Part shown: positions 58,501 to 64,000 of the stretch, piece by piece
How positions within the stretch are numbered: the stretch's first letter is position 1
How the letters are laid out: each line of letters opens with the position of its first letter
Notes under the pieces: generated by a model
Seen by the model: the letters and a program-made list of their open reading frames with translations, nothing else
What the model was told of the DNA's origin: nothing
Databases searched by the model: none
Position numbers and translations under genes: made by a program
From: a virus
Strand: one strand, 5' to 3'
IMG/VR virus record: IMGVR_UViG_3300028844_003737
Location: 10,388 to 74,387 of that record
Length of the DNA: 64,000 nucleotides

Positions 58501-60362
58501 CTGATATAATAACTATAAGTTCAGCTGCTAAAAGAATTACAATAAATGATGGTACTAGAGATAGAATTTTACTAGGAGAGGTTACTGGAAGTTCAACGTA
58601 TGGACTAAAAATATTTGATGGTACTGGAACGCTCGATGATGATTTATTAGTAGAATTAGGTTCTGTTAGAAATAGAATAGTTGGATGGGACTTAGTTCCT
58701 GGTAAATTACAATATAATGATGCTGATGGTTCTATTGCTTTAGATGCTACAAACCAAAGATTAGCAATCTATACTGGTTCTATAAATGTTGCTAAACCAA
58801 AAGTGGTAGTTGGTAACTTACCTACTACTGGAACTGCTAAATATGGATTTGGTGTATTTGCTGGCTCAGGAAATGCTGACATTAGTGATGACACCACATA
58901 CTCAGTATTGATTACAAAAGATGAAGCTAGAATAGCTGGTTGGGATTTAGTACCTGGTCAGTTAAAAAGTGGAACTGTTGCTAAAATAGATGGAAATACT
59001 GCTACGATAGCTCTTGGTACTAATGCTGTTTCACATACAAGTGCCACACCACAACCATCTCTATTTTTTGTAAGTGCTTCATCAGACCCAATCTTTTTTG
59101 TCGGAGAAAACTTTAGTTATGTAAATGATGTCCTTACTGCTGGTGGTTGGAAGATTGGTAATAATGTAATATCAAGCTCAACATCTGCTGATACAGATGG
59201 TGTAATAATAGATTCTGAAGCAAAGGTTATTACTGTTCACGGTGCTGTTGGTAAAGATTCATTTTCACCTGGCACAGCTACGAGAAATAATGTAAAAGTT
59301 GCTTTTGGTCAAATATCAAGTGGTATATATGGAATAAAAGGCTTCAAAGACAATGGTAATACATTATTTGAAATATCAGAAACACAAAATATTATAGCTG
59401 GATGGACAATAAATCAAGGTTCAATATCAAAAAATAATGTTAAGTTAGATTCAACGACAAATGCTGAAGGTTTATATGTTAAGAAAAGTGGCTTTAGTGA
59501 TAATTCTACGGCTGGTGCTTTTATAGGTTTAGATAGTGGTACAGCAAAATTTAATGTAGGTAATGCAGATGATTCTAAGTTTATAAAATTTGATGGAGCT
59601 AATTTTACTGTAGACGCAGGAAACTTCTCATTAGACTCAAGCGGTAATGTGACTGCTACAAGCGTAGATTTGACAGGTGATATTACAGCAACTGCTGGTA
59701 ATATCGGTGGGTTTACAATAACTTCAGGCTCAATAGCAGCAACCAACTTTTCATTAAATCCAGCTAATAAACGTATATCTTTAGGTACTGGTGATGATAT
59801 ATTTATAGCCGATGGGGATGAGGGTATCCAATTAGGAGATCCTGTATTTGCTGATGCTCCATTTAGTGTTACAAAAGCTGGGTTTCTAAAAGCTGAAAGT
59901 GCAAGAATAGGTGGTACTGCTGGTTGGCAGGTAGGTTCGAATAAATTAACATCAAACGCTGGTAATATAGCACTTGATGCAAACGCAGGTGATATAATTG
60001 TTGGTACTGGTTCTGATATAGTAAGGCTATCTGGCACTGGTGATGTTAGAATTTCTGCTGGTCATCTTACACCAGCAAGTGCTCCATTTCAAGTTAGTAA
60101 AGAAGGAGCAATTACTGCTACTGCTGGAACTATCGGTGGATTTGGTATTACAAATAACGCAATATCAAGTTCAGCAACATTTAAAAGAGGTTTGGAACTA
60201 AAACCAGGCGAAGCTATAAGGGGTTATGGAAATACAGCACACAAAACAACAGGTGCTGTAGGAAAATTTACATTTGGTTTAGGAGCTATAGCACCAGCAG
60301 CTGGCGCAGATGTACCATTCAATCCACTTACGGCTCCAGCACCTGGTAATATATCAGACTAA
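49566..60362 (+). CDS. giant tail fibre/tail protein (3598 aa)
   Basis: Gly/Ser/Thr-rich; GxIGG[FW]xI repeats; AGxGLTGGG fibre motifs; internal tandem repeats. Confidence 0.85.
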   Translation: MSITKKYNKPHELDELDVLIDDRDKSQHIIITDMPESLPQGKSSFLIETGPYMKDGVEILIDFIDSEGNSIYSEPISEYLEGTSRRITVEIYDDTAPGVANLIIVGELDSVPTDLGLFSDVEEVPDEFKGAYNVRLTREVIINSAAVNTQPIRFWNAPKISIAEKRFGTLVRTETTSSISTPSFTIEGRPTDGFEFKEISQNEPAQGSIAEQDKILEDFKPVDKTREITKQRKKLKSKKGKRKSKFGRRIGQISKRSSPEEFPYSYKSDGKFLSKHIGGKLVFDSIDTSIYSDEQLKEYGIEVPSLTNKHTSSLDEVINSSTSLVSKPFSVPAVGRESSEIILPFKGTAHIEFEAEPTQSYNVANIISYADVTLSNLRVFSGDVYKAKVMVRSEGSFDDFKTLAEMPVESSELLVDKTSIGEGIRTGYFENIADITNYWEKFGGTNGTQSSTSEVFTYDNDVLLDAVYLSGSLDTFGNQLRFQQKSDYKFNLVAGLDYTISFIACGKKGISNTATLLPYISGSSSYQKTNQQFIDETSQTVLEEPAQYGRRLGSLEMNSSDDTEKDFGLVKHQFTADKDGDAILQFRVLDGSWYISDVSIKPSQDTGFSPSLFQFLQEMPKEYQHKRPETFEFLVEFYDANNNIADSIAFNTGSVFDGSNIVISGNDNIQSGDMFLGGDTTGSGIHFGGVDSKLPETGGDGAEGSGFIRSIGYQGFTSASNDSLGGTAGFMIYSGSVLPDSGENYAGVGLELVAKSGSLKFRTNPSVFDVRADSFFVGKTTTQFLSGSGGNVEISSSNFHLTPEGNVTMSGTITAEAGFLGNFSIDDGRISGSNITMDANNSTIFKSDQGPGSDSSAAFPELRNEYYLDFSPTVENPDNFFVKFGPNFMVDKDGILIASGAQFEGSITASSGMIGGFQISSASLFSDNFFISGSATGNDKFISTSNFNVKASGDITGSKVLFTGGKIAGFDISGTKLQQGTSFNLDGASSATYFISSSNFQVTPSGEVSGSEVLFTGGKIGGFVVGSGSLKNIENSIELDSALPGFRVRDGGGTSRVEVKSGSLSTVGGGAQYIGNKSFEDDSISAGRNVVATATSWSFALTGKVSASLTDRSGFADDDKAVSGDNTLDMVVPAGAASYASNNQYEITQVITSSFTAGDVLSFSSVARFSSSFGGRGKDRALGPQYFRLEYYNGSTYVPFLPQANFTSSNGFGEYFLGSGQYNSFGASAELPADATFVKVRLSGSINDDTGFTIEKPLFVGAKGTVDSSLSGKKFKKTVKGSATAEFPETELTWDNFSVRSNRRRVELTDQGLLIYNSEDSFFKMDSTGIEYRGGSGLASFGQSINRESFTNDSQVAGTLGAPAIQAYNADPEDIGTVASDGNVGDFAKGNHVHRITGATINSALNGTTLNNSIFGGTFSSTVSGYITGSWSSQYFNTLSAARITGSFTSLSQSLAARITTEEAETGDITAVTAGDGLTGGGSSGDVTLNVVGGTGITANANEITTTDSEIVHDNLSGFVPNEHVDHSSVSITAGTGLTGGGTIASTRTLAVDFTDSTLKSNISGSLSAEAIRALGAGILSGSAGSMSSFNITDGSTSQTIADGNNLTFAAGEGIDVAVSATDTVTFSGEDATTSNKGVASFSSDNFSVSSGAVTIKNGGVANVELANDSVTVTAGDGLKTGGEVDLGSSVTLDIDVSDFAGTGLKDEGSENLGIDFSDSTFRTNISGSFTAPSASFSTRVTANKTKLDTIETNATADQTNAEIRTAVEAASDSNVFTDADHTKLNAIEASADVTDTANVTAAGALMDSELSSIADVKALDQSVVSGASPTFGTANFTDASNKRLMTDAQETKLDSVESSADVTDTANVTSAGALMDSELSSIADVKALDQSVISGASPTFGTANFTDASNKRLMTDAQETKLDSVESNADVTDTSNVTSAGALMDSEVTNLSFVKGLASGISNGNVLVANSVVADNDFLKIDGTSVEGRTAAEVRSDLGIEAGATADQSNAEIRAAVEAATDSNVFTDDDHTKLNAIEASADVTDTANVTSAGALMDSELTSITDVKALDQSVVSGATPSFTTTNFTDATNKRLMTDAQETKLDSVESSADVTDTANVTAAGALMDSEVDADIKTLSLPASTTISAFGRTLIDDAAASNARTTLGLGSISTLSSIDISANTNLAASTGITLTGDTLTTNDGEIVHDDLSGFVANEHIDHTSVTLTAGDGLTGGGTIASNRTFAVGAGTGVTVNANDIAIGQAVGTGNSPTFAGGTLGNIKVGVTGDNEIDTSSGNLTIDSAGGTITMDDNVVISGNLTVSGTETIIDSTTLNVADRIIELNAGANDGGLFVKETSGGNATGSLLYDVSENRWVAGTVGSTTNIVGTSTTDTLTNKTINASNNTLSNIANSSLSNSTVNFGGITVALGASDTTPAFDLQDATGLPIVDGTSGTLSVARGGTGATSLDNLITLSSHTTGNYVATITGGTGIDSNGATSGEGITHSLSLDLNELGTETTIAQADFVAMVDATDNGSQKITFSNFEDEIFGNVSGDILIAAGGAATIQANSVALGTDTTGNYVGTLTGGTGITSTGATSGEGIAHSISVDYGSSSGTAVQGNATATFTGTSNEITVSNSSAQALGGNIAVTIGLPDSVTITDNLTVNDDITFGDGDTLGTSTFVSGITGDGFRVQDNGSNGTLLEVDNIVVRNTLRTHIFQKDVVKATNGILFVSDSGVVSGSSQSGGTVTFDNTKSATFSDDDILLFKDANDAGNINAVQFQINGSKSTSGDFDTYNVNNVVGDLDNINVGGTVARINGGTVTIDASSPNSPFIDVNSSSGSAVVRTGNLAGVSSTRFGTLSGFGLWASGSAYLEGAINATTGNIGGWGISNTAISSSDNGAGGVSNFIIDASTKRLTINDDTNDRIYIGEVDGGTTYGIKIFDNTGGTSPADSDILVELGEGGNTIAGWTISTAAITSPSDIITISSAAKRITINDGTRDRILLGEVTGSSTYGLKIFDGTGTLDDDLLVELGSVRNRIVGWDLVPGKLQYNDADGSIALDATNQRLAIYTGSINVAKPKVVVGNLPTTGTAKYGFGVFAGSGNADISDDTTYSVLITKDEARIAGWDLVPGQLKSGTVAKIDGNTATIALGTNAVSHTSATPQPSLFFVSASSDPIFFVGENFSYVNDVLTAGGWKIGNNVISSSTSADTDGVIIDSEAKVITVHGAVGKDSFSPGTATRNNVKVAFGQISSGIYGIKGFKDNGNTLFEISETQNIIAGWTINQGSISKNNVKLDSTTNAEGLYVKKSGFSDNSTAGAFIGLDSGTAKFNVGNADDSKFIKFDGANFTVDAGNFSLDSSGNVTATSVDLTGDITATAGNIGGFTITSGSIAATNFSLNPANKRISLGTGDDIFIADGDEGIQLGDPVFADAPFSVTKAGFLKAESARIGGTAGWQVGSNKLTSNAGNIALDANAGDIIVGTGSDIVRLSGTGDVRISAGHLTPASAPFQVSKEGAITATAGTIGGFGITNNAISSSATFKRGLELKPGEAIRGYGNTAHKTTGAVGKFTFGLGAIAPAAGADVPFNPLTAPAPGNISD
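54828..55960 (+). repeat. nested coding repeats in tail fibre (207 nt and 750 nt periods)
   Basis: ADVTDT.NVT.AGALMDSE starts at 54939, 55146, 55353, 55689, 55896; ATADQ block at 54828 and 55578. Confidence 0.9.
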
Positions 60363-60379
60363 TAAAGTAGGGGGAAATA

Positions 60380-62458
60380 ATGGCAAATTATCCATTTAGA
60401 ATAAATATGAAATCAAAGCTAGGAACGAAAGACTTGGCATGGTATACAGCATCACTAGCAACCGATGCCGATACTCAGATTAGTGCTAGCGTAATGGTAG
60501 ATAGAATCAATAACATACCTAGTGCATCATACGAAGATGGGGTGGCTGCTCCAAGTGGAACTTCAGTTCATCTATTTGGAGGTGCTAAAAATCTTTTTAT
60601 GTCTTGTTCACACACAGATCCAAATATAGGAGCAATAGAATTTCACGATGAAGAAAATACAGTTGGTGGTGGATTAGAGTATTACACATTTTGGGGTGCT
60701 AAGGTATGTTCTGTTTTAGGATTACCTGAGGGAATACCTATATACACAGAAAATTTCAAACTATCAGACGACTCCAACGATCCAGATAACTACATTTCAG
60801 GTGACATAATTGCTGGTGGATTGTCTGTAAAAGATTCTCTTAAATTATCGCCACAAGCAAGGGTAAGAAGTAACTTGGTTTGGGATGAAGAGTTTGGTGA
60901 GGGACTGGTACAGTGGGTTAGCGGTAGTACGGGTAAATTGCTGATGGGTTATGATAATGTTACCGATAAGTATAAGATAAGTGCTGCCGGTGCTTCAACT
61001 TTTGAAATATCTGGTGTTGATAATATGACAGCAACCGAAGTCGATAGTAACATTAATACGGGAACAGATGGATACGTTAGAGGGGGAACATTAAATCTTC
61101 TTTCAAATAATAGAACCAGCTTTGATATAACAGATGCTGAAGCTCAAATATCAATGACAAGCAGTAATAGAAGCGCTATGAGAGGACATTTACATCTAAG
61201 ACATAATGACTCTAGTACTTGGTCTAACAGTCTATATACGACAGACTATACATTAGCACTTGTGAATCGACATGGTGATAGTACAGGTGATTTTGCTGGA
61301 ATAGCATTTGATGTTGGATCTACAGATGGAGCTAATGCTGGAGAGGATGTTATATTTAGTCAAGCTATTAGTGCTGGTATAATTGTCGAAAGAGATTCTT
61401 CGGCAAATAGTAGCACTTCAAATTATGATGCTAACATGAGTTTTGCAACAAATAATGCGGGTGTTTCTGGTCTTACAAAAAGAATGACCATAACTCACGA
61501 TGGTAAAGTTGGAATTGGTGAAGAAGATCCAGATTCTACATTAGAAGTCAATGGTACTGTACAAATTAATGGAGACGCTCAAATAAGAGCAACAGATAAA
61601 TTTTATCTAGATGGCGGATCAAATACATATTTAACAGAAGATTCTGGAGACAGCATATCAGTTGTTGTAGGAGGCACAACACAAGCAATAATTGATTCAG
61701 TGCAACAAAGGAGTGTCTTTAGACAGAACATCTATATTCAAGGTGCAACTCCAACTGCTAATAGCATAGATGATGATTATCTAAGATTCCACAACAATGG
61801 TTCAAATTCGTATATAGACTACGGAGGAGGTACTCTATACATAAGAGACGACGGCACTACTGCAATTACAGTTGACACAAGCAGAAATGTGACTATTGCT
61901 AATGATTTATTTGTAAATGATTATGCTAGAATTGATGCTCTTAGAGTTGGTACAACATCAACAGATCCTGGTGATGGAAATCTACATGTTGAAGGTACTA
62001 TACAATCAGAGGATGGTATAAGATTCGGTTCTGATTCAGCAGCTGCAAATACACTACATGATTATGAAGAGGGTAGTTGGACACCTGTCTTATATAATAG
62101 TGGTACAGTCACTACAAGTACTGGAAATCTTTATGTAAAAGTTGGTAGTTTAGTAACATGTTGGATGAAGCTTGTTAATATTCAAGAATCTGGAACTCAA
62201 TCAGCAGATTTTGCAATAGGTGGATTGCCATTTGCAGTAGAGTTTGATTGTGTTGGTGGAACTGTAATGTGTAATGGCTTTGATTTCGCAGATGATCCTG
62301 ACAATGTAAACAACCTTACAATATGGGTAAGAGCAGATGAAACTTTAAGAGTATATGAAACTAAAGACGGTGGATCTAGTTGGGATCCGATTACTTGGGG
62401 CGACATTACAGATAATGATGATATGTACGGACAATTTACATACAGAACAACAGCATAA
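60380..62458 (+). CDS. tail fibre/receptor-binding protein
   Basis: RMTITHDGKVGIG..PDSTLEVNG fibre motif; C-terminal DYEEGSWTP...YVKVGSLV...GLPF domain. Confidence 0.8.
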   Translation: MANYPFRINMKSKLGTKDLAWYTASLATDADTQISASVMVDRINNIPSASYEDGVAAPSGTSVHLFGGAKNLFMSCSHTDPNIGAIEFHDEENTVGGGLEYYTFWGAKVCSVLGLPEGIPIYTENFKLSDDSNDPDNYISGDIIAGGLSVKDSLKLSPQARVRSNLVWDEEFGEGLVQWVSGSTGKLLMGYDNVTDKYKISAAGASTFEISGVDNMTATEVDSNINTGTDGYVRGGTLNLLSNNRTSFDITDAEAQISMTSSNRSAMRGHLHLRHNDSSTWSNSLYTTDYTLALVNRHGDSTGDFAGIAFDVGSTDGANAGEDVIFSQAISAGIIVERDSSANSSTSNYDANMSFATNNAGVSGLTKRMTITHDGKVGIGEEDPDSTLEVNGTVQINGDAQIRATDKFYLDGGSNTYLTEDSGDSISVVVGGTTQAIIDSVQQRSVFRQNIYIQGATPTANSIDDDYLRFHNNGSNSYIDYGGGTLYIRDDGTTAITVDTSRNVTIANDLFVNDYARIDALRVGTTSTDPGDGNLHVEGTIQSEDGIRFGSDSAAANTLHDYEEGSWTPVLYNSGTVTTSTGNLYVKVGSLVTCWMKLVNIQESGTQSADFAIGGLPFAVEFDCVGGTVMCNGFDFADDPDNVNNLTIWVRADETLRVYETKDGGSSWDPITWGDITDNDDMYGQFTYRTTA

Positions 62459-62473
62459 TAAGGAGTTAATAAA

Positions 62474-62749
62474 ATGGCTATAACAAAAAAAATAATAGTA
62501 GATAAATTAGAAATACTCGGAGAGTATAAAAAAATACATCTTCGAGAAGCTACAATAATATCTGAAGATGGCGTAGAGATAGCTAGAAATTTTCACAGAA
62601 GAACAATATCTCCTAGTGGAAGTAATACAGTAATTTCAGCTAGTCTTGCTACAGAAGCTTTGGAAACTAAATCAGTAGCAAATATAGTGTGGACAGATAC
62701 TGTAAAGGGCAATTACAATGCATTTCTATCCGGTTCATCTAACCCATAA
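62474..62749 (+). CDS. small fibre-associated protein (chaperone-like)
   Basis: DKLEI...IHLREATIISEDGVEIARNFHRR directly after the fibre gene; RBS AGGAG. Confidence 0.7.
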   Translation: MAITKKIIVDKLEILGEYKKIHLREATIISEDGVEIARNFHRRTISPSGSNTVISASLATEALETKSVANIVWTDTVKGNYNAFLSGSSNP

Positions 62750-62812
62750 AACAATTCATTGTGGATAATTAACAAACTTTATATTTATATATGAATAGAA
62801 ACACAGGAAATT

Positions 62813-64000
62813 ATGGATAAACTCACACAATACTTAGTAGAACCATTTATAGACAAAGAAGTGATAGAAGAAGGGGTAAATGATCCTGGCATCTTCAAAG
62901 GTATATTTTTAGCTGGTGGTCCAGGTAGTGGTAAGTCTTATGTGGCTTCCCAATTATTTGGTATACCTGAAAAGGTAAATATATCTGCTTCAGGACTAAA
63001 AATGGTAAATCAAGATAGAGAACTTGAGATATTATTGAAAAAATATTATGGCACTGTAGATTTAGCTAATATGCCAGTAGATTTATTCAGACAGTTAGCT
63101 GATCCTAGTTACAAAGATTACAGTGGATTGAGAAGTTTTGCTAAATCTCTAAGTATGGAAAGACTAAGAATATATACTGAAGGTAGATTAGGTGTTATTA
63201 TTGATGGGACTGGTCATAGATTCAAATCTATAAAAGATAACAGACAAAAACTAATGAGTATGGGTTATGATACCTTTATGGTTTTTGTAAATACAAGCTT
63301 AGAAGCAGCATTAGAAAGAAATGAACGACGACCTAGATCTGTACCTGAAGCTATTGTAGAAAAAAGTTGGAAAGATGTTCAAAAAAATATGGGATATTTA
63401 CAAGGCTTATTTGGAATGGATAAATTTATGGTTGTACAGAATGACAGCTACGAATCATATGCACAATCTCAAAAGCGATTTAATATGTTAGCTAAAAAAG
63501 GTGTTGGTAAATTTATAAAAGCACCATTGGGTAAGACTGCTAGAGATTGGGTTAAAAAACAAAAAGAAATAAATAAGATAGGTATAAAGAATTTAGCAAA
63601 AAAAGCTAAAATGGCTGAAAGTATAAAACTACCAGTAGAGATAGGTGATACTATTTTGATGGGTAAGTTCAAAAATAAAAAAGTTGTAGTAAAGTCTGTT
63701 GATTACAATGACAAAGGAGACTTACTAATAAATGGTAGACCAGCACTAAAGTTTAGAATGGTAAAGGAAACAACATTACCATCACCAAGCCGTAAAGGTG
63801 TAAAGAAGATGAAGAAGAAAGGTGTCACTTCAGTTCCTTATGGTAGTGGTTATAAGAAAGTAAGTGAAGCACAAGCCGTAAAGGGCAGTAAAGTAGCAAA
63901 GTTTATTACAGGTCACAATCTTACTATGAAGGGTAAGAAATATAAAGAAATAGAATTTGAGACATTGAGTGTTGATAATAGTTCAAAGATGATTAAGTTA
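62813..64000 (+). CDS. P-loop kinase (zeta-toxin/AAA_33-like) multidomain protein, truncated at window end, not in ORF track
   Basis: Frame open to 64000; IFLAGGPGSGKS, IIDGTG, MVFVNTSLEAALERNERRPRSVP. Confidence 0.85.
   Translation, partial: MDKLTQYLVEPFIDKEVIEEGVNDPGIFKGIFLAGGPGSGKSYVASQLFGIPEKVNISASGLKMVNQDRELEILLKKYYGTVDLANMPVDLFRQLADPSYKDYSGLRSFAKSLSMERLRIYTEGRLGVIIDGTGHRFKSIKDNRQKLMSMGYDTFMVFVNTSLEAALERNERRPRSVPEAIVEKSWKDVQKNMGYLQGLFGMDKFMVVQNDSYESYAQSQKRFNMLAKKGVGKFIKAPLGKTARDWVKKQKEINKIGIKNLAKKAKMAESIKLPVEIGDTILMGKFKNKKVVVKSVDYNDKGDLLINGRPALKFRMVKETTLPSPSRKGVKKMKKKGVTSVPYGSGYKKVSEAQAVKGSKVAKFITGHNLTMKGKKYKEIEFETLSVDNSSKMIKL

Noticed and set aside
89-63672. Minus-strand ORFs in the supplied track (e.g. 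19030-19581, 54143-54928, 59414-60037)
   Set aside because: They are antisense shadows of plus-strand genes with no RBS or motifs; TTAA/TTA scarcity and codon bias lengthen such frames
1-64000. Stop-codon reassignment (code 15 or 4), as in some large phages
   Set aside because: Long genes are intact in code 11, and TAG and TGA end genes at sensible boundaries; no suppressor tRNA seen
1-64000. Bacterial chromosome with an integrated prophage
   Set aside because: Host-like genes are interspersed with phage promoters and phage genes on one strand; no housekeeping operon, integrase or junction seen

Overview
This is a 64 kb, AT-rich, almost entirely plus-strand segment of a large tailed bacteriophage (T4-like/jumbo myovirus, probably marine), read in standard code 11. 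Bases 1-27.4 kb are accessory and early genes: two type IV pilin-like genes behind a sigma54-like promoter, a ~420 nt highly paired ORF-free RNA candidate, VWA/peptidase plus MoxR AAA+, thermonuclease, thioredoxin, a lysis-like cassette (holin-like, Popeye/cNMP-binding membrane protein, GH108 endolysin), Hsp20, a 3D-domain hydrolase, peptide deformylase, a HAD phosphatase, UvsE and two tRNAs. The same half holds a DNA restriction/modification cluster (PvuII-like endonuclease, DUF4338, beta-class MTase, HNH-SF2 helicase, GT-B glycosyltransferase, HD hydrolase) and a phage sigma factor. Bases 27.5-62.7 kb are baseplate, tail and fibre genes, interrupted by a resolvase-primase-Mre11/Rad50 block with a candidate origin. 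Two promoter classes recur: TTGnnn-N17/18-TAGCTT and ATATTTAT(A/T). The most notable observations are the large ncRNA candidate, a tRNA-Gly with the very rare ACC anticodon, near-total TTAA avoidance in the early region, the cNMP-binding protein inside the lysis cassette, and the restriction/modification cluster. All family calls come from motif recognition by eye; no database search was run.
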